From Felis catus (taxonomy: Eukaryota): DNA of 64,000 bases. Under the pieces are notes generated by a model that did no database searches, was not told where the DNA came from, and worked only from the letters and a program-made list of their open reading frames with translations. The stretch spans positions 154,692,001 to 154,756,000 of the forward strand of contig NC_058368.1 of assembly GCF_018350175.1 (NCBI RefSeq). The letters run 5' to 3'. Below, piece after piece: positions 12,708 to 27,088 of the stretch. Made by a program: the position numbers and the translations under genes. Numbering within the stretch: position 1 is the first letter of the stretch; the number at the start of each line of letters is the position of its first letter.

Positions 12708-13719
12708 TATGTCCAACGTGAACCAGCCTAGTCTCAAGGCTCTTGACATGTTTGGTACTTGATCTTTCTGATTAAATATATTAGCCAATTTATTCACGTA
12801 TATTTCAATTAACTTATTTAATCCTTAGGATTTTTTCTCTTAATTCTTAAACTGACCTGAATTTAGAGATTTTCTTTACTTCTAACTTCGTCCTTTTTAA
12901 GATAAGTAGATTTATTCCTGCTTCATTTCTTCCATTTCCACTTTATTTTAGGAATTTGAAAATAATTCGAATAAAAAGGAAGAAATTTATTTATTATATA
13001 TTAAATATTTTCCTATTATAAACTTTATCATGTCACAGTTGCAGAGAGGAAAGTATTACAATCAAATCATTAACGTTAAATGTTAATAACGTTAAATGTC
13101 TAACCATTGTTCAGACACATAAGATTCAGACCCAGAAGTGTGAGAGGGAGAAGAAAAAGAATGCTGTCTGGTCTTAAAAATGGTGTAAAAGAAAATTAAT
13201 AGCTAGGTGAGTATACATTCACTTCACAGTGAAGTAGCAATAAACTTACATGAAGTATGTTTTTTTTCTTTACAGAGAAGTCTGCATTAATGAAAATGTA
13301 CCTGTTAATGACTACCAATATGGAGTGAGAATCCATGTCAACATTCTTCTTTCAAAGATCTTGGAATTTATTCTCAACATTTCATGGAAAAAGCCTACTG
13401 TTTGTTCTGTGAGTCACTGGTGACTCGTTTTACTGTGAAACACAGCCAGGACCAGAGAGACAGAGACAGAGACAAAGAGAGAAAGAGAGAGAGAGAGAAA
13501 AGTGAGAAAGAGGTAAGAATATATTTATAAAGGAGACAAATAACAAGAATGGGTGGCCCCACATTCAAAATCAAATAATGAATTTGTTTATAAATCACTT
13601 CATGTATTTGAAGCCAGATCTCTACCTAGAAGTGCGTAAGGAAGTGTGGTTAACAAGATGGAAATGTATATATCTTTAATATCAATTTGTTCTCATAGAG
13701 GCTGATGCTTCACATATTA

Positions 13720-14410
13720 AACAAACAAATGCTGAACACCTACTATGTACCAGATACTACGCTTAAACCTGGTTTATTATTGTGAACAAGAAAAGAAAGG
13801 TGAATAACATTATGAAACTTACAATGCAGCAGGAGTTCAAATAAATAAATGGATGCGTATCATAAAGCAAGTGTAGGTTACTACCGGCACAGAAAAGAGG
13901 AACACCTTACCCAGACTTCAAAAATCATGGAAAGTTTTCAGGAGGAGTGGCAAAACAAGCCTCAAAGATGGAAATAATGAAATTAACGTAGAAGGAAAAG
14001 GGAAGGCATTCAAAAGAAAGAGTATTGGGGGAAAATGAGCAGGGGTGCACACTGGAGGAACGACAGAATGGTGTGAGTGATAGGTCAGCAAGGACCATGG
14101 TGGAGAGGAAGTTGTCAGTAACTTTAAGAGTTTAGCTTTATCTCCGAGTAGTGGAGAGCTTTCAAAGAGCTGTAAGCAGGGAATGGTCAAAAATTTGAAT
14201 TTGAGAAAGCTTATCCTCGCAATGTGGAGAATGGATTGAAAAGTGACGAAGCTGGAGGCAAGCGGTTCATGTAGGAGACTATGAAATCAGTGACAGGCAT
14301 TCAGAGAGAAGCAGCTCTATCTGACAGCTATTTAGAAGGTAGAGTGGACAGAAATCAGTCTTAGATTAGAGGTAGAGAAAAGAAAAAAGGAGTAGTTAAG
14401 GATATAAACA
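13720..14410 (-). mobile_element. L2 LINE relic
   Basis: aaacaaatgctgaacacctactatgtaccagatact 3' end followed by purine-rich L2-type body. Confidence 0.7.
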
Positions 14411-14859
14411 ATATTATAATATTATACCAAATAATAATCGTACCAGATTATTGCCTGCTACTTTTAAAGCATTTATGTCACGTGACAACAACCCCAAATA
14501 TACTGAAATTATACCATAAAAAAGCACATGACAGAAACAAGTCTACCCATCTATATACCTTCTATAATCTTAAACACCATGATATCTCAACACGTAATCA
14601 ATTTTTCCTCATTTTACTGAGAGCATGATTCTTTGGTAACCATTTTCATTTTACTAACTCTTTCCAAGTTACAAGGAAATTACATACACTTTACATAAAA
14701 TTATTTAAAACAAAAAAGTCCAAAAATAAGAACAACTGTGGCATATGTAGAATCATAGATACTTGCCAACTAGTGAACTGCAGCGAGTGTACTTAATAAC
14801 TTATAATCTTTTTTCCAACTTTAGAATAAATGACAATTTGAATTTAAAAAGTTCTTTAT

Positions 14860-15068
14860 GGGGCGCCTGGGTGCCTCAGTAAGTTAAGCATCCGACTTTG
14901 GCTCATGATCCCTTGGTTTGTGGGTTTGAGCCCCACATTGGACTCTGTGTTGACGGCTCAGAGCCTGGAGCCTGCTTTAGAGTCTCTCTCTCTCTCACTC
15001 TCTCTCCGTCTCTGTCTCTCTGTCTCTGTCTCTCTGTCTCTCTCTCTCAAAAATAAATAAAAAAGTTT
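14860..15068 (+). mobile_element. Can-SINE (SINEC_Fc type)
   Basis: GGGGCGCCTGGGTG head, expanded CT/CTGT tract, degenerate TSD around GTTCTTTA. Confidence 0.93.
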
Positions 15069-15312
15069 TAAACGTTCTTTAGGAAGAAATAGTAAAATAT
15101 TTACAAACGTGTTTGTATAATTATTCATTTAGGTATATATAGAAATGTTTGCATTAACCTTTTAATTTAGTTCTATTTATTTACTCATTCAACAAACTAT
15201 TTTATCATACACATGCAAATATTTACGCAAATTGTACAATAAGAAAGCCAAAGGGATTAGATGGTTTACAAGATTCTCTTGTTTCAGGTTTATTATTTTT
15301 AAATACTGTTGC

Positions 15313-15338
15313 AGAGAGAGAGAGAGAGAGAGAGAGAG
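15313..15338. repeat. (AG)n microsatellite
   Basis: Read directly. Confidence 0.9.
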
Positions 15339-15599
15339 CAGTTTAGTCTAAGCCAAGGAATTCATTTGCATTCTGAAAAACAGACCCAGGGAGTAGGTGA
15401 GGGTATCTAGGCAGTAGTGAAAGTAAAGATTTTCCTAGAATATTTGATGCCAGAATTTACAATTGTGACATCAGTACATCCTTGGCTCCTTTATGGGGGT
15501 AGAATCCTTTGATCTGGCAATTTCTTTGGGTTCATAATAGACACCCCCAGTGGTTAAGGAGAAAGGTAGATTGAGGTTAGAACATAAGTCAGGATGTGT

Positions 15600-15810
15600 G
15601 GGGCTCCTCAGGAGCTCAGTCAATTAAGCATCCAACTCTTGATTTCAGCTCAGGTTGTGATCTTGCTGTTAGTGTGTTCAAGCCTCACATTGGGCTCTGT
15701 ACTGACGGTTTGGAGCCTTCTTGAGATTCTCTCTCCCCCTCTCTCTCTGCCCTTCTCTCACTTGCGCTCTCTGTCTCTCAAAATAAAGAAATAAACTTGA
15801 AAAAAAAACC
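15600..15810 (+). mobile_element. Can-SINE, older subfamily
   Basis: ACTCTTGATTTCAGCTCAGG variant head; TSD AAGTCAGG(A/T)TGTGT at 15586-15599 and 15811-15824. Confidence 0.93.
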
Positions 15811-16277
15811 AAGTCAGGTTGTGTTCTATGGAATTAGGTTAATTTCCCACTTTTCATTTGGATGTCTAATGCCCACTTCTATGATGAAGATGATGTTTTC
15901 ATTGCCCAGAAGTCAGAGAAAAAATATCCCTTTAACCACTCATATCACTCTGGTCCTTCCAGGAGTTAGACTGAATAGTAATTAAAAGTAATGTAGCATG
16001 TATTTGCCACTTGCTAACATTTCCTTAGAATTTTCAAACAAGACTATATCTAAAATCTTAATTGCTAACAAATCTATAAAATGTGGAATCAAGTAACTTT
16101 AGAGTGCTGTTGGAAACCAAACTTACTCAAGACTAGGTACACACACACAAAAAAATGAAAAGTAAAATTTTCATTATGGAAAAATTATCCTTCTAAGATT
16201 TATCAAGAAGAATTTAACATCACTCAAACAAAGTTTCCTGTAGGAAGTGGCCTGTAGGTAAGAAGTTTCCTGAAGGT

Positions 16278-16402
16278 AAGGTGCCACACATCCTGGTTTT
16301 CCCAGTATGGTCCGTTGTATACTTGTTCCCTTGGCCTCATTAATAATAGAGCTCTTTCATTTTAGAAGTGTCTAACTTCGGATAATAAAACACATGACTA
16401 CT
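16278..16402. mobile_element. MER94-like hAT MITE
   Basis: Collinear with recalled MER94 consensus (catcctggttttcccag...ttaataatag...agtgtc...gataataaa). Confidence 0.6.
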
Positions 16403-19400
16403 TTTCTGGTAGAACTTTAGCACCATCAATGCTTGGGCAACATTGGTAATTAGAATGTTGATTGAGATCAACATTATCTAAGAAAGATCTCATATATCAG
16501 ACATGATGACAAAGGCACATAAGGTTCAATATTAAACCTTGATATCATAAGTTCTGTTATATCACTGCTTCCAAGAAATGACATTAACAAAGATAAGAAA
16601 ATCACAAAATAATGAGAATTTGTATCAAAATTGTGTAAACAAGGCATCGAGTATGCACCCTTTGTGATTATTTTCATGATTGCATTATTTTTAAACAATT
16701 ATAAGTTCTATAACTGAGTTCCAAAAGCACCTCTGACCCTGGTGACTTTGAATGGTGACTGTCAGGGATTTCTAGTATCTCTCATGACACATGAGGATAA
16801 TTTCTGCCCCTCAGTGAATGACACTCTCTTTTGGCATCTAGCACAACATTTTAAACGTCAGATTATCACTAAGCACCAGTAACTCATTAGGAGGTACTAC
16901 TTGCATTATTCCTTGCTCATCCAAACGATCGTGGTGCAAATTAGGAAAGAAGTTTTATGAAAGTTGAAAATCCTAAGTGAAATTGATAAACAATTGATTA
17001 AACAAAAGAAGGAGAATTAAAAGTGCCCAGCTAGAGCCAGTGGTTTCAGTGGCTTGCAATGTGTTAAATGTGTTTATTTGTACTTTCAAAGTTCAGATTT
17101 CCTCATACATTTTCATACTGATGGAGATAAAATGCTAAAGTCTTAAATCCCTCTATGCCATGCTGAGTTGCTAAGGGCTGTTGAGTTTTTGTTATTTCTC
17201 CTCTCGAGTTAGCTCTGATTACGCCTGCTGAGTGAAAAATTTGTATTTGCCGACAGAAATAGGAACCACCCCACGTGCACTTGCACTCAGCAAATGCTCC
17301 AATACATCACAAAGATTTGCTCAACCCACCTTCAGAGGCCAAATCGAGCATGTTATTTTCTGTTTAGATCTGATTCTGGAGCCTATCAGTCAGGAGTGTT
17401 TTCCAATCTCTGATTAAAGCAAGGCCCACAAAGCTGGAAGTGTTCACACACAGTCTCATTAGAGTGCTGGATAGAGTGACCCAGGCCTTCTAGCACAAAG
17501 CTCTGAGTGAACTTCAAATATGAGAGTGCATCAATCAAATCCAAGCAAGGCTTTTATGTCATTTTTCTACTTTGCCTTTAAAGTCCTATAGGAATGCCCT
17601 TTCCAGCTGTACAGCCGAAAAGCATTCAATAGAAACAAAAAAGCAAAGACCCCCCAACCCCCTGCCCCTTCCAAATGGGTATGGTTTTACCTCCCCCACC
17701 AAGCATTAGAGAGTCTTCTGTGCGTTTTAAATTATTTAGCATGTTCGACAATGCAACAGAGAATATATTCGTATCACTCAGTGGCTCTGTATTAATTATT
17801 AGTGCCCATGCGAAAGAGAAACCAATAAGGTCAAAGGCAATGAGATTGCATATTGTATGTTTTATAATAGAGGTAGCAGAGAGATTGGGGGGAAAAGAAA
17901 ACAATGCTTACGGAGGCTTTCGTGCCCTGCCCCCAACCTTAACCCAAAACTTCACTTCTCGCATTTTATGTGTTGGCTTACACCATTGTGAAAATAAAAA
18001 AGCAAAACAAGAAAATCATAAAGGACTATCAAGAATCTTCGTAGAAAAGATAAGGCATAAGTCAGAGAAACAAGAGTCAGGCACTTAGTTAATGTTTGTT
18101 CCACACACCGCTCAGGGCACTAGAGTCATTTTCAAAAATACACCCTTAAAAGATAAGCATAAAGCAAAACAATATAAATTTGCTCACTAATATCATTAGA
18201 GGAAAATGCACGGGTGCACTTAGCAGTGATTATTAAATTTAGGTGCTTTCGCTTTGAACATCAGTCCAAAAGGCATTATAACACAAGGAACATCCATATG
18301 AATTAAATAAAATGGGCTTCGGAAGCCTGAAAAACAAAATCATTTAAAAGGAGAAAATAAATCTCTCCTACAGCATAGATAAAATTTCCTGAATTTTACA
18401 CCTGTCTTCGAACAAGTGAATGGTTCAACTCCTCAAGATATCCTATAATGATTCAACCAGGTAGAGCACGATTGCTGAAAACACAGTGTGTGTTGTGGTA
18501 CCGGGCAGATATATTGCTTATTCCAGGGAATTCCCTGTATCTGTACATTTGTTTCCATCTCCAAACTTTACTGCATGTGAGGCAAATACTACCCACAAAT
18601 AGAACTTCACCCACTCAAATATATTGCAGTATGTAAAAGAGTGTTTGAATTTAGAGCAATATATATTTTTTTTAAATTTAGCATGTGTTTCTTTACAGGG
18701 CTTCAGATGTTTGGAAGAATTATGCAGATTTTATAAATGAGTACTGGAGCATTATGCTACTTGATAGTGCCCCATCTGTGCTTCCCCTGTAGTGTTTGAC
18801 GGGGCATCTGTGTAAATTGCTTTTTTTTTTTTTTTTTTTTTTTTAGTTAATTAGTTTATTGCATGAAACTTAATGCACTACCTGATAAAAAAACTTCTGT
18901 TTATTTCAGCACTTTTCCCCTCTACAGCTGATGTTCATCTTCAGCTCCCATCAAGCCCAACTTCTTCCTTTGTAGATTTCAAAACGGAAATAATGAAACA
19001 ATGCTTTTTTTTCCTTTTGATTTTACAGTGTGTGTCACACTATGCGTCTGTGACGGTGACTATTAAGAATCTAAGTAATAATTTGCTAACCCCAAATTTT
19101 CACGTTTTAACATAGCTTTTCAACTGAAATGTCTTATAATGTTTTTAAGAGATATCTTAAGGTTTGGGATTTTCGTTTCTTTAAACTAACTTTTTAGGGA
19201 ACAGATACATGTAGTCATGAGGTGTGTACAATCAATCTTTCTTTCCTCTCTCGGGTATGCTTGCCTCCATTTAAGTTGTTAAGTTAGGTCAGTGTAGGAC
19301 CAAAAATCTCGATGCAATTAAATAAACCACAAAAAACAACAAGAAAATTATGAAATGACTTTACATTTTCCTGTATCTTTTAATAAGAAAATAATAGAAA

Positions 19401-19539
19401 TCCCAAATGATAAACTAAATTTTCAGTTTCATCTTAATGTTTGTCCTCCGGAAAAGCAACGCCAACTAAAGCCATACAGATCAGGACAGAGATGAGAAGT
19501 CCTGCAAATATTTTATAGGTAATATAAATCATTGATTAA

Positions 19540-19745
19540 GGGCATTGGTTTTGAATCCAACCTATAGGAGCTGTGTAACCGTGGGAATTTTCTCTACAAC
19601 TTTATACCTCAACTTCCTTAGATTCAAAATGATCTTATGATGGTATTTACCACACAGAACTGTGTAAGTATTAAATAAGTTTATACCTGTGGATGCATAA
19701 AGCAGTATCTAACACGTAACAGTTGCTCAAAAAATTTGTCTATTA
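19540..19745 (+). mobile_element. MIR SINE relic
   Basis: agctgtgtaaccgtggg...cctcaacttcct...aaaatg...taaagcagtatctaacacgtaac. Confidence 0.65.
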
Positions 19746-21490
19746 CCACGCTAATTTTAGTGAAGACGGCTCTTTTGCTAGAAACATAAACTCACATTAG
19801 TTCACTCAATATATCTGAAAAAAGTAACTATTACTTTTTCAAAACTTAAAATACACATACAATGTAAAATATTTAAGAAGACTATTAGATAATATGTCGG
19901 TATATTCCCTTTTAGAAAAACCAAGAGGACAACATTATAAGAATACATCTAATTTTATGACTCTTTCAAATTGAGGACTTAGCAAACAGTCTGCCAGTTA
20001 GGAATTATAGAAGTTTATGTTACAGCTATTTCTATCTTCCTCTGACATTATGGTCATCATACAAGTCAACTCTGTAAGCTTTAAATAGCATACTAGATAA
20101 GCATTCCTTTTGCATTTATAAGCCTTGTAAATTATTTGTCCAATGATGTTAACTACTTATTTAGTGGGCACCGATTTATAATTGGTCTACAATATGATAT
20201 ACTAATGCTTGTGCTCCATTGTGCTCTCTCCCGATAGATTTTAAAAAAATAAGAATATAGATTTAAGTTTGATTTTGAATTTACCTTATCTCAAAATGTG
20301 GAAAATCTGTCAATGATGTGCACTCCTGTTCACCTAAAAAAAGTCAGTGCAAATGAACAAGCTAGAAAGTAGAATTTGTAACAACACTTCAATATGTAAA
20401 ATCTGAAATCAAAATGTCAAATGCTCTGACTTGGAGCAAATCGAATCATAAACTAAACCCTCGTACTATATCAATGTATGAGAACTTAGTAAGTTCCAAG
20501 AGTGTTCTTAGATTCACATGTAGTATCTCTTCCATCCCAAAGTATAAAAAGTTTGAAAATTATTCTTCAGGATATAAATACTTATATGCAATTTGCCTCA
20601 AAGTTTAAGATATAAAGGGTTCTAGCAGTTGCTTAAAACCCAAGGGGGAAGAAAAAGAAATATCAATTTGATGCCAGTAATAAAAACTACCGAAGAAAGA
20701 ATATTTTGTAGTTAATAGTTTGCTTTTCCCATGTGGAAGACTATACGTAAAGTCTTAGTTGAAGGGAAATCATACTTTGTAGCTATTTTTCACATTAAAT
20801 GTACCAGGTACTTCAAAATTTGGTTTCTAGACCTCCTCCTCTTAGTAGGTTCACTTTACAAAGATAAGAAAATGAAGATCACACATACACACACATACAT
20901 ACACACCATTTGCAAAAATTAAAATCAAATAAATGTTCCTAAAATTCTCATGCCTAGTTTGGGAAATTTAAGTCATAAGAAACACTCTATGGAAATCAAA
21001 CCTATATGTGACTTCCCAACCCTTTATGATTTTTTTTTCTTATTCAAGCATTCAGCAAATATTTATTGAGCACCTATAATCATAGTCCTAATTCTAGACA
21101 CCAAACATATGGTTTCATATATATGCTCATGGATCCCACATGACAACACAGATCAAACATCTGATTTCCTATCATTTATTTACAAAAACAAACATTTTCT
21201 CACATTCCATGCATTTCTACATGAAATTCCTTTACAGAAGCTATCAACTGAGTTTATGTAGATGTAATATCTGATGGATTTCTGATATAAAATATAAGCC
21301 CAAAAAGTATAAGACAGTTGCACTCTTCAAAAAGCTTCTAATATTACTCACTGGGCAGATCAAGAGTTCATCTAACACTTGATTTGGAGAGTCAGTCCCA
21401 GGGTCTAGTGTAGCAACCTCAGACTACAGCAATCAAATTGCAGAGAAAAGTAATGTCAGGTGCACTCTATCCAATTTAGTTCAGCAAAAA

Positions 21491-21918
21491 TTTTCCCAGT
21501 TTTATTGAGCTACAACTGACATACATTACTGAATAAGTTTCAAGTATATAGCATACACATTTCACTTATATATATTATAAACCGATTAGCACAGGAAGTT
21601 AACATCCATCATCTTATATAGATACAAGAAATTGGGGGGGGGGGCAAGATTTTCTCCTTGGAATGAAAACTCCTAGGATTTACTCTCTTACCAACTTTCA
21701 TGTATATCAAAGAGCAGTGGTAACCAGAATCATCATGTTGCTCATTCCATGCTTGGTACTAATTTATCTTATTAGTGGAAGTTTGTGCCTTTCACGACCT
21801 TCCTTCCCTTCCTCTTTCCTCCACTCCCTGCTTCTGGTGGCCGCAGGTGTGATCTTTTTTTCTATAAGGTGTCCCTTTGTTGGTTTGTTTTGTTTATTTT
21901 AGATTCCACATATAAATG
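21491..21918 (-). mobile_element. L1 3' end (L1MA9 or early carnivore type)
   Basis: ttttattgagctacaactgacatac...atttactctctta...ttttagattccacatataa is a typical L1 3' UTR in antisense. Confidence 0.8.
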
Positions 21919-24900
21919 GACAATTCTTACTGGTATGTGAGACTGATAATTATTGTTTTCCCTTGACATAATAAAAACGATTGTTAATCTCGTACCTTTC
22001 CTTGGTATTTCATGCTGTGCCGTAAGATCTAGTTAAAGCCTTATAGATTCCACTCTTACATATAAGTATTTGAAAAAAAAAAACGATTTTGGAAAGGTTG
22101 GACCAGCTTAATTTTTCTGAGCTTTGCTCTATCTACTTGGCAAGATGTTCAGTCCTCTTGGTAATATGTTCAAGTTAATATCTTCTTCTTTGAGAGCAAA
22201 GTAAGTTATAACAACTATTAGATCATTTCCGTGTTCTGGCCAAGCTGATTAACCTGACTCCCACTCTTCGATAAAATCTCACCATCATGTAATTTTTAGT
22301 TTTCCTAACATTTTTTTCAAGATGGTATAACTGTTATAAATTAATACTCTTAATTTTACATTTACAAAAAAAGAATTCTGTGTCTACCTTTAGTATTACC
22401 ATGACTTCTTTTGTTGGAGACAAAAAAAACAACAAAAGAAATCAGTTTTTCAAAAACAGAAACTCTTATAAAGTAATTGGACCTGGTCAAATGAAGGGTG
22501 AAATGCACGCACTGACAGTTCTGACAAAGCAAAAAGTATCCAGCCAAACTTAAAGAATTTCCTAAATTTGCTAATCATTATTTTTTAGACCAAGTTTCCA
22601 CCCACCGACCCCCACCATTATATCAGGTGGAAGTGTCTAAAAGAAGATAGAGCCCAAAGAGCAGTTTAAAATGCTTTAAAAAAATTTTTAATGTGATACT
22701 GTTCTTTTTAAGGGTTCTTTCATAGGTGATCAGTCAGAGATACTGACTTTTGTGAGTTAACACAAAAGTGAAATAGCACTTTTAAGTGCTGTCTCTCTTT
22801 GGAGATTTAATGTGCTTTGTAATATCTCTGAGATCAGTCAGGGAGAGACGAGAAAAAAGAAATTTGATTTTGAGTCTGGACCAAAGCTCGGTGACTTGAG
22901 AGGCACCTAAACATAATGAAAAGGAAGAAGTTTCAAAGAGAAAGTTGGCAGCTATGACCAGAATCCACAGGGCTAGCAGGACTGACATCAACCAGAGGCA
23001 GATTTAGAGGGGTATCCTATGATCTCTCTTGATACCATTGACACTTCAAGACCCAGTTTCATTGGGGAGCAGTCCAGTAAAAGAACATCTCCAAAGGACA
23101 CAGCATGGTTGCGGTATTGAGAAAGACATGAAAATGCCAGCACCAAGAGCCTAAAGCTGTCCTTTTCTCCTCCAAAGATCACATATATCAGGGGAAAGCA
23201 AAAGTCAACATCTGAAACCTGCTTTTTCAAGCTTGACTTGAATGATATAAAGTTGGCTGTGTAATAGCTAGATGCTTACCTTTTTGACCTAGGTTCAGTC
23301 TAATGTAAGAATAAGTTATTAGCCGATTCCTGGTGGTCTTCACTTACCTCCCGGTGAATAACTTTCTACTCTAGCTTTTTTTTTTTTTAATTAAAGTAAC
23401 TGCCAGCTAAATTTGTGGCAAATACTAAAATATCAGCCCAGAATGTCCCCGTCACTTTAATGCTTCCCATGTATTCAAAGACCTATGTATTTCTGCTAAC
23501 AGTTCTAAAGGTTGAAATTGATGCCCAAGTAGCTATGTATGGAATATTAAGTCTAAATGTGATAAAAACCATCTCTAAACAAATAATAATAATAATGATC
23601 AGGGAATTAAAGATCTCATACAGATATTTTAAGCTAGAACGTGTGTGTTGACAAAAGGGGTATAAGCTTGAGTTCCATAGATGTCCAGTTCACTTATAAA
23701 GGACAAGAAGAAAAATAATCTAGAACAAGGATATTAGCCATGTGGAGGATTGAAAAGTTATGAATAAATGGATGCAACATGAGAATGTCTATTCTAAAAT
23801 GACATCTCTCTCCAGTAAATTACAATTGAATTATGGCTCCAAAAGTTTTAGAAATTTGCTTATGTAAAAATTATGTTCAAAATGAATAAAAGAATTGAGT
23901 TATTTGTCAAAATAACTATGGTAAAAATGTCACTTTTAGTCTAGATGCTCAGGCAATTGAAGGAAAGAGCTAATAATTACCACTTCAATTTTTAATGCTA
24001 AATATCATTATAAAACACAGAATTCCATGTCTACCTCCAGGATTATCATTACCTCCAGTGTATAATTCTGGAAATATTTCATGACACAAAAATATCTGAT
24101 TAATCCTGATTAATTCAATGTAAAGAATTAGGTAAATTTAGTGGAAAAAAAATAGCCTAATGTCTTTTCCATAGAACATTAATTAAAACTTTATGTTTTA
24201 TAAAACTGTGTTGTTTCATTTTGTGGGTACTTTCAAAGTTCTTTAACTGGAGCATAATTCTAAGCAACTGAAAACTCTCATACAATAAAATCAATACGAC
24301 ACACTATTTGTTAGCTAAGTTGTCTATTTTGTGAAACCAATTCTTGAGGAATTCTTAAGGAACCCATATGTTCTGAGGAGCAGAAGTTTGCTTTTAATTA
24401 TTAAATGAAGTGAGATTAGAATATGTGATTTTAGTCTCATCCATAAAATGAATTTACAAGGTTTAAAAAAATTATCGTATGGCATCTGAAATACTCGCAA
24501 ATAATACACGATTATACCAAAAGGTAAAAGGAATTTATCTATCGGAAATATATTTATTAGTAGGTAGTCTTTGGTTGTTTATAAATAAGTGTTAAATATC
24601 AATGATGCAGTTAGTGAGCTAAAATCATGAAAATGTTTTTTGTGTAAGTTTTTAAATCAAAGTAAATTTTATCACCTAGTGTCCCAAACCTGCCTGACTC
24701 TTTAACCATTTCTCTTTCCTCTTCAAAACTAAAGAATTATTTTATTCTTCATTGAAATACCTAGACTAAAGGTAATCCTTGACTACATATTGAAAAGAAA
24801 GTCATTCTGCTGCTCTTTTTAGAACCACCACACCCAGGAACCGCATACCCTAGAGATGAGTCTATAATTTTGTTCATAAATTATTATTAGCTAACTAAAA

Positions 24901-25036
24901 TTCAGTGGAAAATAAAACACATTCCTTTTAGCTTGTGGTATCTTTTCTTGTTCCCTACTCTAGTCTTTAAATAGCTAGTTATAAATTTAATGTTCTGTGA
25001 GTTTCCTAATATCTATGTTTTCTTTGAAAAGATCTA

Positions 25037-25358
25037 AGACAGATACCATATGTTTTCACTCTTATGTGGATCCTGAGAAACTTAACAGAAGTCCATGGGG
25101 GAGGGGAAGAAGAAAAAAAATGGTTAGAGAGGGAGAGAGCCAAAGCATAAGAGACTCTTAAAAACTGAGAACAAACTGAGGGTTGATGGGGGGTGGGAGG
25201 GAGGGGTGGGTGGGTGATGGGTATTGAGGAGGGCACCTTTTGGGATGGGCACTGGGTGTTGTATGGAAACCAACTCGACAATAAATTTCATATTAAAAAA
25301 AAGAAAGATTAAAGTATTTTATAAATGCAAAAAAAAAGAAAACAACAACAACAAAAAA
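25037..25358 (+). mobile_element. 5'-truncated young felid-type L1 with double A tail
   Basis: ORF2 terminus, G-rich 3' UTR, AATAAA at 25280; TSD TGAAAAGATCTA at 25025-25036 and 25359-25370. Confidence 0.92.
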
Positions 25359-26417
25359 TGAAAAGATCTATGAAGTCATCCACATACACCAATAAATATA
25401 AACTAACAAGAGGAACCATAAGGGAGAAATACTATGGCAAACATTGGAAGTAATATGTGTCACTATCTTTTCTATTTATGTAAGACCATAGATGTTTTGA
25501 TAAATGCATCTATATAAATTTTAATGTCAATTATTTCATTCCACAAATATTTTTCAAATCCTACTACATACCAGGTTCTGAGGATCCAGAAATGAACAAA
25601 GAAGATGGGGTTCTTATTTTCACAAAGTACACGGTCTAGTGAGAGGAAAGAGAATATGTTATGTAGTAACAGATGCTACAGATAAAATGAAGTCAGGGCA
25701 CAAAAATAACAAGACACTGAGATGTACCCATGTGTACCCATTTATTTTGTAATCCAGCTGATATTAATAGTATGATCTTTCTCCTATCATGACACCCCCA
25801 GCTCAATAACTTTTGTTTATCCTGAAAAAAATATTCATATTCATATTTATATTTATATTTATATTTAACAAGGGAAATTATATATAGGAAATCTAGCTGA
25901 TGTTCTATCAGTTTTATAAGACTTGAAATGGTCTAAAATATTCCCTAAAGTTAAAACATTCAACATCCAATTCAACTAACATGCAGTAGGCAGAATTATA
26001 TTGACTTCATTCACATATATATAACCCTTCATTTAAGATTTGTCTAGTCATTTTGATGCTTAATATACTTACTTACATAAGCATTGTAGTTTATACTCTA
26101 CAAAACATGGGATCTGACAAGTTAATATTCTAGCCCTTGAATCTCTTCTATTGATGTATTGTAGAATACGTCACTATAAGGCAACACATTATTAGACTGG
26201 TATTTATCCAGGTCCTCTCTTTAGTAATATCTAAACTTGTAAATATTTATATATGATTCTTCTTTTAAAAATGCCCGGTCAGGAAATTGTTTCTGACTTT
26301 TAATTAAATATTATTAATTTTGTCTCACATTTATATCTTTTAAATTATTTATTGTTTCAAGTTAAACACGATTTTCAAAATATTCCCCACCTTGATTTCA
26401 CAAAATAATTAAATGGT

Positions 26418-27088
26418 TTTTAAAATTTTCACTTAAATTCCAGCTAGTTAACATACATATATTATTGAAGATGGATTAAACACCTAAATGTGAGACATGA
26501 AATCATAAAAATCCTGGAAGAGAACACAGGCAGGAACCTCTTTGACAATGGCCATAATAATTTCTTACTAGATACATACATCTCCTGAGGCACAGGAAAC
26601 AAAAGCAAAAACAAACTACCGATACTACATCAAAATAAAAAAGCTTCTGCACAGTGAAGGAAACAATTAATGAAACTAAAAGACAACCTACAGAATGAGA
26701 GAAGTTATTTGCAAATGAGATAGCTGATAAAGGGTTAGTATCCAAAATCTATAAAGAATTTAGCCAGCTCACCACCCATAATAACCAAATAATCCAGTTA
26801 AAAAATGGGTAGAAGACATGAATAAACATTTTTCCAAAGAAGACATCCATATCATCAACAGACACAGGAAAAGACACTCAACATCACTCATCACCAGGGA
26901 ATACAAATCAAAACTACAATCAGATATCACCTCACACCTGTCATAATGGCTAAAATCAACAACACAAGAAACAGCAGGCATTGGCGAGGATGTGGAGAAA
27001 GAGGAACCCTCTTGCACTGTTGTTGGGAATGCAAACTGGTGCAGCCACTCTGGAACACATTACGGAGGTTCCTCAAAAAGTTAAAAAT
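26418..27088. mobile_element. Carnivore L1 fragment with inversion: 3' tip on - strand (about 26418-26466) joined to ORF2 segment on + strand (about 26468-27088)
   Basis: ttaaattccagctagttaacatac matches the antisense L1 3' tip also seen near 30775; the remainder is sense ORF2 3' region with frameshifts. Confidence 0.8.

Noticed and set aside
16734..16748. DR3-like TGACCC-tgg-TGACTT
   Set aside because: Single imperfect element, unlike the four-site array at 37038.
17675..18088. 137-aa ORF, longest in the window
   Set aside because: No recognisable domain and no convincing splice boundaries; length is plausible by chance in 64 kb across six frames.
22770..23260. Purine-rich block resembling an ancient LTR
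   Set aside because: No termini or diagnostic motif that I can place with confidence.
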